This document shows positions 17,712-28,043 of a stretch of DNA of 64,000 nucleotides, piece by piece (position 1 is the first letter of the stretch; each line of letters opens with the position of its first letter). The notes beneath the pieces are model-generated. The model did not search any database, had not been told where the DNA came from, and saw only the letters and a list, made by a program, of their open reading frames with translations. Location: NCBI GenBank assembly GCA_964621445.1, contig CAZUNO010000003.1:1-64000 (forward strand). The letters run 5' to 3'. The DNA is from Candidatus Hadarchaeota archaeon. Lineage in GTDB: Archaea > CAYQAE01 > CAYVLA01. Position numbers and translations under genes: made by a program.

Positions 17712-19037
17712 ATGAGGTTCGCCGTAAAGAAAATCAACCCAGGTAGGCAACGTAAGACGGTGGCCCTAATTAAGGGGAAACCTTCCAGATCACCGGCCGA
17801 ATCGGCCTACAGCACCACCAAGAAGGCCATCGATATCCTCTTTGAGAGCGATCGTAGTTTCGAGAACTCCACATACGAGGTTTATAGAAAGACGGTCATG
17901 ATAAAACCAAACCTCATAATGCCCAAGGCGGGGCCGGGACCCTCAAACATGACCAACACCGACCCCCAGGCCTGCAGGGCGGTGGTCGATTGGCTGATCC
18001 AGAAGGAGGCCAAGAAGATCCTCTTTGCCGAAAGCCAGGTATGGGATGATCTAGATCCCTGGGAGCTATGCGGATACCGGGACCTCTTCGAGGAAGAGCC
18101 CTATGAGGACATCGTAGAATTTGTGGATCTAAACCAGGCGGATGAAGACTTCATCGATATCGATTACGAGATGTCGAGGGACTTCTACACCCAGGAGGAT
18201 ATTGCATTCCTCAAGGGCTTCTTACAGGGTAGAGAGATCCCTCTCGAGAAGCCCAAGCAAAAACTGTTCCAGGAAGCCACATCAACCGCAGCAAGGTTCA
18301 ATAAATGCTTAAAGGAAGCGAGGGTTCTGGTTAACGTTGGAAAGCTCACCACCCATGTTCAGACCGGAGTGAGCCTAGCCGTCAAAAACCTCTTCCCATT
18401 CCTACAGACCCTAGAGCACCGCTCAACCAAGCACCTGGGAATGGATCCATTTCAAAGGGACCTCACCTACAACGAATTCCTGCTCTCCTCTCTAAATCTC
18501 CAGCGATCAATAGCCTGCGTTGCTGCTGCTTATAGGAAGCTTAGAATCCCACAGCTCTCAATCATAGACGGGATTGTGGCCCAAGAGGAAAACGGACCCC
18601 TGGACTCAGGGAAACCGCGGGAGGAGAACCTGATTGCCGCCTCCTGGAATTGCCCGGCCACGTTAGATACCATAATTACCCAGCGTTTCATGGGCCTTGA
18701 ATCCGATGGTAAGCCGTTCCTCCCCCCTCATGTCCAATGGGCCTCGGGGCTCGGGCTGGGAACCAGGGACGAATCGGAGATATGTCTCATACTGGCCAGG
18801 GAAGACGGCATACCTGCCTCCGAAGCCAGGGAGATGAGAACGGAGCCGGACAGGGCCTGGCAACCCCCATCCTCATTTGAGAACGGGATTTCTCCACATG
18901 TCTACCCCAGAGACACATTGCTACCTGTGGTCACCAGGGCTCGAGACTACCTGGAAGAACAGGGAATTGACCCCAGCGACAAGGTGGAGATCGTATCCAA
19001 AAAACTGGAAGTTCCAAACGGGCTGGTTTCCTGCTAG
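17712..19037 (+). CDS. DUF362 domain protein (cytoplasmic, with insertions)
   Basis: VMIKPN, TNTDP, VNVGKLTTH..TGVSLAVKNL, IIDGIVAQE.NGP..G.P. Confidence 0.72.
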   Translation: MRFAVKKINPGRQRKTVALIKGKPSRSPAESAYSTTKKAIDILFESDRSFENSTYEVYRKTVMIKPNLIMPKAGPGPSNMTNTDPQACRAVVDWLIQKEAKKILFAESQVWDDLDPWELCGYRDLFEEEPYEDIVEFVDLNQADEDFIDIDYEMSRDFYTQEDIAFLKGFLQGREIPLEKPKQKLFQEATSTAARFNKCLKEARVLVNVGKLTTHVQTGVSLAVKNLFPFLQTLEHRSTKHLGMDPFQRDLTYNEFLLSSLNLQRSIACVAAAYRKLRIPQLSIIDGIVAQEENGPLDSGKPREENLIAASWNCPATLDTIITQRFMGLESDGKPFLPPHVQWASGLGLGTRDESEICLILAREDGIPASEAREMRTEPDRAWQPPSSFENGISPHVYPRDTLLPVVTRARDYLEEQGIDPSDKVEIVSKKLEVPNGLVSC

Positions 19038-19079
19038 ATATTCATCAACATATAAAACCATGGATATCCGACCCAATCA

Positions 19080-20174
19080 TTGGTTAACATGGATGAACTG
19101 ATGAAGGCCGCCGTCCTCAGAGGCGAGGGTCAGCTGGAACTTATGGATGTACCGGTTTTCAAACCGCGCTACGACGAATTTCTTTTAAAAATCAGGGCAT
19201 GTGGCGTATGTGGTAGCGATATTCGTTACTTTAACGGGGAGAACCCCTGGTCCCTGCACACCCTGGGCTACGAGCAGGAAAACCCGCCCAACATAATCCT
19301 GGGACACGAATTCTCGGGGGATATCATCTCCGAGGGGAAGGAGAGGAACCCGGAGAGAATTAGCCAGAGGGTGGCGGTAGAGCCCTACAGGTCGTGTGGC
19401 CAGTGCTACTACTGCAGAATCGGGAAGCACAACATCTGTGCTGACCAGGAACATCATGGGCATGACCACGGCTGGAAGGGCTACGAATACGCCCCTGGAG
19501 GTATGGCAGAGTACACGCCGGCCTGGAAATCCCACAGCTATGAGTTGCCCTCCAATATCTCCTACGACGAGGCCACTTTCATAGATGGTCTTGCCGTAGC
19601 TGTAAGAGGTTTACATCTGGGGTCCATCGAGCCAGGCAGCGAACTGCTGGTGATAGGTGGAGGCCCTATCGGCCAGCTAATATCGCAGGCGGCAAAGGGA
19701 TTTGGAGCCAACCGCGTTTTCCTCTCCGATGTCTATGAAAAGCCCCTGGAGATTGCGGAAAAGGTGGGGGTCGATGATGTCATAGACGCCAGGAAGGAAT
19801 CGGTAAGCGAGTACGTAAGGCAGGAAACCGGTGGCCTGGGGGTCGGAGCCGTATTCGATTCCACGGGGTCCGAGGACGCGATCATCGACGGTTTAAAGGC
19901 CCTGCAGCGCGGTGGCACGGAGGTCCTTCTGGCCGGATATCACGAACCAATAAAGCTGCCCTTCTCACTAATCTCGGGAGATAGGATGATCAGGAGCCTT
20001 GCCAACAATCCCTATCGGACATTCCAGACCGCCGTTGACCTTATGGCCTCCGGCCGGGTGGATGTTAAGCCCATGATAACCCATAGCTTTCCGCTATCCC
20101 AGGTGAATGAGGCCTTCGACGTGGTGACCCACAAGGTGGAGAACGAGGCCGTGAAGGTAATCATTCACCCCTAA
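19080..20174 (+). CDS. Zn-dependent alcohol/polyol dehydrogenase (MDR family)
   Basis: CGVCGSD, LGHEFSG, CGQCYYC..C structural Zn site, GGGPIG. Confidence 0.92.
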   Translation: MVNMDELMKAAVLRGEGQLELMDVPVFKPRYDEFLLKIRACGVCGSDIRYFNGENPWSLHTLGYEQENPPNIILGHEFSGDIISEGKERNPERISQRVAVEPYRSCGQCYYCRIGKHNICADQEHHGHDHGWKGYEYAPGGMAEYTPAWKSHSYELPSNISYDEATFIDGLAVAVRGLHLGSIEPGSELLVIGGGPIGQLISQAAKGFGANRVFLSDVYEKPLEIAEKVGVDDVIDARKESVSEYVRQETGGLGVGAVFDSTGSEDAIIDGLKALQRGGTEVLLAGYHEPIKLPFSLISGDRMIRSLANNPYRTFQTAVDLMASGRVDVKPMITHSFPLSQVNEAFDVVTHKVENEAVKVIIHP

Positions 20175-20260
20175 TCGGCCATATCCGACGTATAGAACCT
20201 AAATCGGTAGTAGATAGAGTTATAACGAGGCAGCATGCCCATCTTAATGAGGTTGATCGG

Positions 20261-21031
20261 TTGAAACTCTGCTGCACAAGTTACTCGCTGAGGGACTATA
20301 TAAAGAACGAGAAGATGGATTTCTTTGGCTATATCGATTTTGCAAAGGAGCTGGGCTGGGATGCCGTTGAGCTGCACTATAGACATTTTCCCAGCATGGA
20401 GAAGGACTACCTTCGAAAACTGAAATACCACGCGGTGAAGGCTGGAGTCGAATTGGGCATAGTTTCAGGGGCCAATAACTTCACCCTGGCAGATGCTGAT
20501 GAACGTCAGGATAGCGTTGACGGTTTCATCAGGGCCCTGGAGATGGCTGAATACCTGGGATGCCCGCAGGTAAGGGCCTTCGGGGGTAGCATTCCCGACG
20601 ACATAGCAAAGGAGAAGGCCTTCAAGTGGGCCATAGACTGCTTCGAGCAGGTTGTTCCCCTGGCCGAGGAGAAAGGAATAGTGATCGGTCTTGAGAATCA
20701 CGGGGGAATCACCCTAACATCCGACGATGTACTGGCCATACTGGACACCATAGATTCCGACTGGCTTGGAGCCAACATGGATACCAACAACTTCCCCAAG
20801 GAGAACCGCTATGAACATATGGAGAAGGTAGTGGACAGGGCAGTTCAAATCCACGCCAAAATAATCGAGCCTGACGAGGAGAAAGGAGACCTGGTTATCG
20901 ATTACGACCGGGTTCTCTCCATGGCCAAGGAAGCCGGGTTCAATGGCTTCGTATCAATGGAATACGAGGGAAAGATCGACGCGAAGGAAGCGATGGCTGC
21001 ATCCTCCAAATATTTCCAGAGGGTCCTCTAG
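20261..21031 (+). CDS. Sugar phosphate isomerase/epimerase (xylose-isomerase-like TIM barrel)
   Basis: GWDAVEL, VRAFGG, LENHGG, DTNNF, HAK, SMEYEG. Confidence 0.88.
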   Translation: MKLCCTSYSLRDYIKNEKMDFFGYIDFAKELGWDAVELHYRHFPSMEKDYLRKLKYHAVKAGVELGIVSGANNFTLADADERQDSVDGFIRALEMAEYLGCPQVRAFGGSIPDDIAKEKAFKWAIDCFEQVVPLAEEKGIVIGLENHGGITLTSDDVLAILDTIDSDWLGANMDTNNFPKENRYEHMEKVVDRAVQIHAKIIEPDEEKGDLVIDYDRVLSMAKEAGFNGFVSMEYEGKIDAKEAMAASSKYFQRVL

Positions 21032-22050
21032 GGTTCCAGGACCACTTTCACCGGCTTGATTGAACCTTCATCTATCTTCCGGAATACCGAGGGTGCACTT
21101 TCCAGAGGGAACCGGTGGCTGACCAGAGCCCCCAGATCCACCTTACCCTCCGACGCGAGACGGATGGCCACGGGAAACATTCCATTGGAGTTTCGCGAGC
21201 CCATGACATCCAGTTCCTTTCTTATTAGGGTTATGGGCTCCATCTCCATTTTCTCCCCATAAAGACCCACGATGACAACCCTCCCGGCGGCAGATACCAG
21301 GTCCAGCGATTGCCTGATTGTAACCGGGCTGCCCACTGCCTCCAGTACAACGGTGGGTGGTCGTCCCGAGTAATCAAATATCTCCTCCTCCAGATCCGAT
21401 TCTGTGGGGTTAACCGCTAGATCGGCCCCCACCTGCCTGGCCATTTTCAAGCGATCCCCATCTACCTCGGACACCAGGACCCTGGCCCCCCTTGCCTTGC
21501 AGACCTGGGCTATGAGAAGGCCTATTGGACCAGCCCCAATCACCAGCACATCGTCCTCCTCGGTGACCTGCCCCCTTTTTACCACCTGGCAGCCGATGGC
21601 CAGTGGTTCGCACAGCGCTACCTCATGCATGGGGAGCGAGTCGGGAACCGGGAACACCAGATTCCGCGGAGCCCACATGAACTCGCACATACCACCATCT
21701 GCATGAACCCCGATGACCTTCAGGGCGGTACAACAGTTGTATCTTCCGCGTTGACAGGGATAGCAATCTCCACATCTGATCAACGGCTCCAGGGTAACCC
21801 TTTGACCTTTTTCCAGATCCCCACCGGACTCGGCCACCTCGGCTCCCAATTCGTGGCCCAGAACCCGAGGGTAGGTCTGGAAGGGCTGTGTGCCCTTATA
21901 GGCATGTACATCGGAACCACAAATTCCAATTGCCTTTATACGAAGAAGGATTGAGTCATCCGCCGGCTTGCCCCCCAATTCCTTCCTTTCGACCCTCATC
22001 TTTCGGGGACTATGTAGCGTAACACATCTCATGAAATACACCAAGACCAT
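21028..22050 (-). CDS. Zn-dependent sugar-acid/alcohol dehydrogenase (MDR family)
   Basis: GICGSD, LGHE, CGDCYPC..NCC, GAGPIG, GSRNS. Confidence 0.92.
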   Translation of the reverse strand: MVLVYFMRCVTLHSPRKMRVERKELGGKPADDSILLRIKAIGICGSDVHAYKGTQPFQTYPRVLGHELGAEVAESGGDLEKGQRVTLEPLIRCGDCYPCQRGRYNCCTALKVIGVHADGGMCEFMWAPRNLVFPVPDSLPMHEVALCEPLAIGCQVVKRGQVTEEDDVLVIGAGPIGLLIAQVCKARGARVLVSEVDGDRLKMARQVGADLAVNPTESDLEEEIFDYSGRPPTVVLEAVGSPVTIRQSLDLVSAAGRVVIVGLYGEKMEMEPITLIRKELDVMGSRNSNGMFPVAIRLASEGKVDLGALVSHRFPLESAPSVFRKIDEGSIKPVKVVLEP

Positions 22051-22150
22051 TCAAATTAGGATTGCCTCAACCCTTCAACCCGTGCGAGGTCCTGAAAAAT
22101 CTCTCCGGGCATATCTTCGGGGAAAGGCATATGAGTCCGAAATTCCCTAA

Positions 22151-22921
22151 ATGCTGCGGGTTCTTAGCATGTCTTCCGAGGATATTAGGACTGAGCCCTT
22201 CGACACGGTGGTGGTCATGGGCGAAAGCACGGTTGAAGGGGGGCCATGGTTAATAAAAAAGGAGGACAGGTGGCCTGATGTCCTGGTCCGCCTCATAAAC
22301 AGATGTCAGGCTCGACCAGTAAAGTACCACAATAGGGGAATCGGTGCAAACGTCATATCGCCACGTAGCCCTGGATATGAGGGCTCGGCCAAGCCCAGCG
22401 CCATTGAGAGGTACAGAGAGGATGTAATAGCCTTGGAACCCGACCTTTTCATATTGTCCTATGGATTGAACGACATGAGGGCAGGAATGGAGGTAGGAAA
22501 ATTCCTCCGGGATATGAAAACGATCATCAGAAATGTACAGAGCGAATGCTCTCCGGTTACGGTTCTCACCACGGTCTATAACATGACGGGTTGGGGAAGC
22601 TATCCCCCATTCGATAAGGGAAGCCGGGAGCTCACAGAACGGTACAACCAGGGAATCCGGACCCTTGCCGAGCAGAATGGCTGTATACTGTCCGATGTAT
22701 GGGAGGCCGAGGGATGTGCTGACTGGTTGATCAACCCTGACGGGGTTCATGCCAATTTCGTGGGCAACCTTATCATAGGGCACCGGGTTTTCAGGGACAT
22801 CGCGATAAACTGCAGTTGCCTGACCTCCGATACATTCGAGAAAACACGATCAACTAGGTGGGTTAAAAATACCACCTCCGATCGGCGGGAGGCTGGAGAT
22901 CCATTCACCAAGACCTGGTAG
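22151..22921 (+). CDS. SGNH/GDSL hydrolase
   Basis: Block I MGEST (GDS variant), NRGIG, YGLND, PDGVH. Confidence 0.82.
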   Translation: MLRVLSMSSEDIRTEPFDTVVVMGESTVEGGPWLIKKEDRWPDVLVRLINRCQARPVKYHNRGIGANVISPRSPGYEGSAKPSAIERYREDVIALEPDLFILSYGLNDMRAGMEVGKFLRDMKTIIRNVQSECSPVTVLTTVYNMTGWGSYPPFDKGSRELTERYNQGIRTLAEQNGCILSDVWEAEGCADWLINPDGVHANFVGNLIIGHRVFRDIAINCSCLTSDTFEKTRSTRWVKNTTSDRREAGDPFTKTW

Positions 22922-22937
22922 TTACCATTATGGGAAT

Positions 22938-25340
22938 TTACCAGGTATAATCCTCGCGGGGCGCTTTCTCCTTCCCGGTTACCTTCTCCAGCATTATCCT
23001 CTGTTCTACGGCAGCAACCTTCTTCTTTACACTCTTCACCGCATCCGGGTTCACGGACATCGAATCTATCCCGGCTCGGACAAGGAACTCAACAAATTCC
23101 TCGTACACCGAGGGAGCCTGTCCGCAAATGGAAACCGTCTTGCCATCCTTGTGGGCTACCTCTATCAGGTGGGCTACTGCCCGCTTGATGGTCAGGTTCC
23201 TCTCATCGAACACCTTTGCCACGGTCTCATTATCCCTGTCGGCCCCCAGAAGGGTCATGGTCAGATCATTGCTGCCTATGGAATAGCCGTCCACGTACTT
23301 GTTGAACTTGTCGGCGAGAATGATGTTCGAGGGTATCTCGGCCATGAGCCAAACCTGGAAGTCGGGGCCTCTTTCCAGTCCCTCTTCCTTCATGATGGCA
23401 ATGACCTTCTCGCATTCCTCGACGGTACGACAGAAAGGTATCATCACCCACAGGTTCTTGAGCCCGAATTCCTCTCGTACCTTCCTCACGGCCTTAACCT
23501 CAAGCCGGAAGGCGTCGATATAATCGGGGTCATAGTACCTGGAGGCGCCTCTCCAGCCGAGCAGTGCGCTCGGTTCTTGGGGCTCGAACTTCTCTCCTCC
23601 TCGCAGGTTCCTGTACTCCGAGGTCTTGAAATCGCTGAACCTAAGGACCACCGGTCTTGGAGCCATCCCGGAACAGGTCTGTCTGATGAACTCGGCCAGT
23701 TGATCAACTACCTTCTCGGGCTTCCCCTCCTCAATCAGCTGAAGCGGGTGGTCCTCGATGTAATCGGTCCAGATGAATTCCTCCCTCATCAGTCCGATAC
23801 CATCACAAGGCAGGGCACCGTGTTCATCCTGGTACTCGATGCCTAGATTCATGTAAACCTTGGTACCTGTTACTGGTACCGTCTCCGCGGCCACGGCAGC
23901 AGCAGGAGCTTCCTCCTTCTTCTTTACTGCCTCCTCGAGTATTCCCTCGTAGACTATGCCGTTCTTGGCATCGACGGTAACTGAAGCACCGTTCTCAATG
24001 ACCTCGGTAGCTTTTTCGCCCCGTGAGCTGGTTCCAACTATGCACGGTATTCCTAGTTCACGGCTCACAATTGCCGCGTGGCAGGTCATGCCACCGGAGT
24101 TGGTAACTATGGCCTTTGCCTTCTTCATTGCTGGTACCCAGTCGGGAGCCGTCATTTCGGTGACCAGGATCTCCCCTTTCTCGAAATCATGGATACCATC
24201 AACTGACATTATCACGTGTGCCTCGCCAGCAGACAGTCCGGGACTGGCAGGAAGGCCCTTGCAGACCACGTTCCTCTCGGTGGTGGTTTCCATTCCTTCC
24301 TCCTCCTTCTCGGGGATCTCTTTCTGGGACCAAACGGTCTCCGGGCGCGCCTGGAGGATCCACAGCTTGTCCGTTCGCTCATCAAGCGCCCACTCTATGT
24401 CCATGGGCATCTCATAGTGCTTCTCAATATCTACGGCATACTCCGCCAGCTTGACTATCTGTTCATCGGTGATAATTTGGGCTTCCTTCTTATCGTCCGG
24501 GACCTCCTTCTCCTCGACTCCTCCCCCGGGGTTGCGAATCATCATCTGTTCCTTGTTGCTAACCGATTTGGAAATTATCTCGAGGTCGGACTTCCTTACT
24601 ATGTATTCGTCGGGATTGATCGTTCCCTGGACAACGAACTCACCTAGCCCCCAGCCGGCCTCTATAAACACCACATCACGGTCGCCGGTGCTCACATTAA
24701 GTGTGAACATCACGCCCGCTGACTCCGAGAAGATCATTAGCTGAACCACAGCGCTCAGAGCCACGTCCATGTGGTCGAAACCCTTCTGGACCCGGTAATA
24801 GATCGCCCTGTTGGTGAACAGCGATGAATAGCATTCCTTGACCCTCTCCACGACCTCGTCTGCTCCCTGGACGTTGAGGTAGGTCTCCTGCTGACCGGCG
24901 AAGCTGGCATCGGGAAGATCCTCAGCCGTGGCGCTGGATCTGATGGCCACGAAGGGCAGCTCGTCAAGACCGCTCTCCTCCTGGTATCGCTCGGTCAATT
25001 CCTCGTATGCTTCCCGGATCTCCTTATCCAACTCCTGGGGCATGTCTGCAGCCATGATCGCTTCCCTAATATCAGCCCCTATCCTGTGCAGAGTTCTGGT
25101 GTCCTCCGGGTCCTCAAGCTCATCCAGGAGGGAACGTATCTCATCTTCTATTCCCGCCTCCTCCATGAAAACCCGATAGGCACTTGCCGTGGTGGCAAAG
25201 CCAAACGGAACCGGAACTTTAGTCTTAGAGGTCATCTCCCCCAGGGATGCGGATTTTCCGCCCACCAAAGGGACCTCCTCCTTACCTAATTCATCAAACC
25301 AGAGTACATTTTTTTCTTCCTTCGGAACACTCTTAGCCAT
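22938..25340 (-). CDS. ppsA: Phosphoenolpyruvate synthase (pyruvate, water dikinase)
   Basis: VGGKSASLGEM, RSSATAEDLPDASFAGQQET, phospho-His GGMTCHAAIVSRE, LGWRGASRY, SIGSNDLT, ICGQAPS. ATG 25340 follows a GGTGA ribosome-binding site. Confidence 0.95.
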   Translation of the reverse strand: MAKSVPKEEKNVLWFDELGKEEVPLVGGKSASLGEMTSKTKVPVPFGFATTASAYRVFMEEAGIEDEIRSLLDELEDPEDTRTLHRIGADIREAIMAADMPQELDKEIREAYEELTERYQEESGLDELPFVAIRSSATAEDLPDASFAGQQETYLNVQGADEVVERVKECYSSLFTNRAIYYRVQKGFDHMDVALSAVVQLMIFSESAGVMFTLNVSTGDRDVVFIEAGWGLGEFVVQGTINPDEYIVRKSDLEIISKSVSNKEQMMIRNPGGGVEEKEVPDDKKEAQIITDEQIVKLAEYAVDIEKHYEMPMDIEWALDERTDKLWILQARPETVWSQKEIPEKEEEGMETTTERNVVCKGLPASPGLSAGEAHVIMSVDGIHDFEKGEILVTEMTAPDWVPAMKKAKAIVTNSGGMTCHAAIVSRELGIPCIVGTSSRGEKATEVIENGASVTVDAKNGIVYEGILEEAVKKKEEAPAAAVAAETVPVTGTKVYMNLGIEYQDEHGALPCDGIGLMREEFIWTDYIEDHPLQLIEEGKPEKVVDQLAEFIRQTCSGMAPRPVVLRFSDFKTSEYRNLRGGEKFEPQEPSALLGWRGASRYYDPDYIDAFRLEVKAVRKVREEFGLKNLWVMIPFCRTVEECEKVIAIMKEEGLERGPDFQVWLMAEIPSNIILADKFNKYVDGYSIGSNDLTMTLLGADRDNETVAKVFDERNLTIKRAVAHLIEVAHKDGKTVSICGQAPSVYEEFVEFLVRAGIDSMSVNPDAVKSVKKKVAAVEQRIMLEKVTGKEKAPREDYTW

Positions 25341-25566
25341 ATTCTCACCATAAGGGAGGTTAATCAAGACGCGGCAAATACAAATAAGTAACTCTAGCCA
25401 CGGCTTCTTGGGCGCCGATCCCCCAGAACTCTATTAAATGTTTTTTGGACCTTTCAATTCTCGCTGTTATCCGCTCATCTCCCCGATCATAAACCCGTTA
25501 TGATTGACTACTGGGCATCTGGCGAAGGAACAGTTAAGATATCTCCCAACGGAGGTTAGCGGGAAA

Positions 25567-26550
25567 ATGTCTCAGCGAACCGGGGCGCGATCCGAGAAAA
25601 TCTCAAATCTGCCCTTGCTGATCCTGATAGTAGCTCTGGGCGGACTGTTATTCCTCCTTCTGGTTCAGAACTCCAGGCTCAAGGCCCGATACGAAAGCAA
25701 CTCGGAGATCCTGGAAAATCTATCAACACAGCTCCAGGTAGCCCTTGACCATAACTCCGAACTCAGGCAGGAGAAGGAGAGGCTCGAGGACACCCTGGAG
25801 GAGTACCAGAAAAGGGTCAGGGATTACCAGGACCAGCTCTACGAACTTCGCCAAGGGGCTAACATAAGCGTTAACGGGACCCCCTTGGATCAGAGGATCT
25901 CCCCATCCGTAATAGCTCCAGCGCTTAAGGCGGAAACCTACACCGATATCTTTGGAAGACAACGCGTCGAACGATACGTGGGTATACCGACCAACCTTTC
26001 CCTGGAGGTGGTACCTGGCATGGGCCGGGTGCTCATGAATACCGAACCACCTATGGGAGAGGTATTTCAGGATACGGCGGTTAACGCCAAGGAAACGGCA
26101 GAGAGGATAAGCGGCCTGGATATCGTTGGCCACGATCTCATATTCTCAATCCAGGCTCCCCAGGAGGTTCCCTCTGTCGACGGGCCGAGCTCGGGAGCTG
26201 CCATGACACTTCTCATTCTATGCGTGCTCGAGGGAAGGAGCCTAAAGGATGGGGTATCCCTAACCGGAACCATATCACCTGAAGGTAGCATCGGGGCCAT
26301 CGGGCACCCGGTGGAAAAGGCAGAGGCGGCCGATGAAGCAGGTGCAACGAAATTCTACCTGCCGAAGGGCAATCGATATACCACGGTTAAATACAACGAG
26401 GAGATACCCTGGGGTCCCGTGGTTATCACTAGGCCGCGGTACGAGAGAATGGAGACCAAGGACCTAATACAGAACCGGACAGAGCTCACCGTGACCCTGG
26501 TGGATGACATCCAGGAACTACTATCGGACGCAACATATAAGCAAAGCTAG
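25567..26550 (+). CDS. Membrane-anchored ATP-independent Lon-like (S16) serine protease with coiled coil
   Basis: N-terminal TM, heptad coiled coil, DGPSSGAA (Ser), TGTI...G.IGAIG...EK (Lys). ATG 25567 follows GGAGG. Confidence 0.85.
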   Translation: MSQRTGARSEKISNLPLLILIVALGGLLFLLLVQNSRLKARYESNSEILENLSTQLQVALDHNSELRQEKERLEDTLEEYQKRVRDYQDQLYELRQGANISVNGTPLDQRISPSVIAPALKAETYTDIFGRQRVERYVGIPTNLSLEVVPGMGRVLMNTEPPMGEVFQDTAVNAKETAERISGLDIVGHDLIFSIQAPQEVPSVDGPSSGAAMTLLILCVLEGRSLKDGVSLTGTISPEGSIGAIGHPVEKAEAADEAGATKFYLPKGNRYTTVKYNEEIPWGPVVITRPRYERMETKDLIQNRTELTVTLVDDIQELLSDATYKQS

Positions 26551-26568
26551 ATCAGAGGTATCCCCGTA

Positions 26569-27975
26569 ATGAAAAAGACGGTAACCGCCCACCTTGATCT
26601 GGACAGGAACCAGGGAACACTGGAACTGAAAACCGAGCCTCGAACGGGTATACCCATTAAAGGCGATTTCGACTTCCTGAGTAGAGGGAAGGGGCGAGGA
26701 GAATACGAATGCCTCCCCATGTATTTTGCCAAGCTCGTTTCCGGACTGGAGAAAGCCGGATTCATCGTTGAAACCGAACTTGATAAATCCAAACCAATGG
26801 GCTTTGATCTTAAAATGTCCGGAGAAACCAGGCCTTACCAGGAGCAGGCCTATCTCCGCTGGGCTGAAGCGGGACACAGGGGTGTTGTGGTGATGCCCAC
26901 GGGCTCGGGTAAGACCTTCGTGGCACTTCGGACCATGGAAGAGGTTGGGGAAAGCACCCAGATTTTGGTGCCCACCATAGATCTCATGACCCAGTGGCAC
27001 GAAAATATCTGTGAGGTGTTTGGATTGAAGCCGGACCGGGTTTCCAGATGGGGCGGAGGATTTCAGGAAGTTGGGCCAATCACGGTGATGACCTATGAAT
27101 CGGGTGCCATTCACAGCCGCGAGTTCGGCGATAGATTCGGTTTTCTGGTTTTCGATGAAGTCCATCATCTCCCGGCCGAATCCTACCGGACAATTGCGGA
27201 GAACAGCCTAGCCCATAAGAGACTGGGGTTGACCGCCACCCCGGAAAGGGTCGACAGGCTGGAAACGGACCTGGACTACCTGGTCGGTAAGGTCGTATAC
27301 AGCATATCCAAGGAGGAGCTGGAAAGGAAGAGCTACGTGGCCAGCTTTAGACAGGAACGCATCCTGGTCGAGCTAACCCCCGAGGAAAGAGCCGAGTATG
27401 ACGAGCTATGGTCGAAATATAGGAAGAATCTCAAGAGGGTTTTTGCCAAGGCCCGTGGGCGCCGTGGTAATCCCATCCGCCTGCTCGTTCGCCGGCTACC
27501 CTTCGATGAAAATGCCAGGATCGCCCTAGACTCCTGGCGCAGGGCGAGGAGGATAGCCCTGGAGGCCGACTCCAAGGTAGACCAGGTGGAGAGGCTCCTC
27601 AAGAGATATAGAGACAGAAAGGTATTGATATTCTCCGAGTTCATCTCCATCGTGCGTAGCATAGCCCGGAAGTTCGGAATAGCCAAGATAACCTCGTCCA
27701 CCCGCGCCTCGGAGAGGAAGAGAATACTGGAGATGTATCGCAACGGGGATATCACCAAACTGGTGTCCGGCAAGGTGCTCGATGAGGGGGTCGACGTTCC
27801 CGATGCCAGCGTGGGCATAATCGTTTCCGGGAGCTCCACCAAGAGGCAGTACGTGCAAAGACTGGGCCGGATACTCAGGCCCAAGGAGATTCAGGCGGTT
27901 CTCATCGAGATTGTTTCCAGGAAAACCACCGAAATGCAGGCCTCGGAAAGAAGAAAGAGGCCGGTTAAGACCTGA
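26569..27975 (+). CDS. xpb: XPB/Rad25-like SF2 DNA helicase
   Basis: RPYQ, MPTGSGKT, DEVHH, GLTATPER.D, LDEGVDVP, QRLGRILR. Confidence 0.85.
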   Translation: MKKTVTAHLDLDRNQGTLELKTEPRTGIPIKGDFDFLSRGKGRGEYECLPMYFAKLVSGLEKAGFIVETELDKSKPMGFDLKMSGETRPYQEQAYLRWAEAGHRGVVVMPTGSGKTFVALRTMEEVGESTQILVPTIDLMTQWHENICEVFGLKPDRVSRWGGGFQEVGPITVMTYESGAIHSREFGDRFGFLVFDEVHHLPAESYRTIAENSLAHKRLGLTATPERVDRLETDLDYLVGKVVYSISKEELERKSYVASFRQERILVELTPEERAEYDELWSKYRKNLKRVFAKARGRRGNPIRLLVRRLPFDENARIALDSWRRARRIALEADSKVDQVERLLKRYRDRKVLIFSEFISIVRSIARKFGIAKITSSTRASERKRILEMYRNGDITKLVSGKVLDEGVDVPDASVGIIVSGSSTKRQYVQRLGRILRPKEIQAVLIEIVSRKTTEMQASERRKRPVKT

Positions 27976-28043
27976 TGCCAACATCGGGAACCGCAGGATC
28001 TCTATGAAATATCTAAGAGGCGTGAAAAGGAGATATCAACGAA

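Noticed and set aside
22200-22240. GES instead of GDS in the SGNH hydrolase
   Set aside because: Conservative change; Ser, Gly, Asn and DxxH are all retained.
23151-23846. Long antisense ORFs (also 29054-29788, 31641-32267, 52089-52727, 61483-62304 and many shorter)
   Set aside because: Shadows of well-supported opposite-strand genes with no recognisable motifs.
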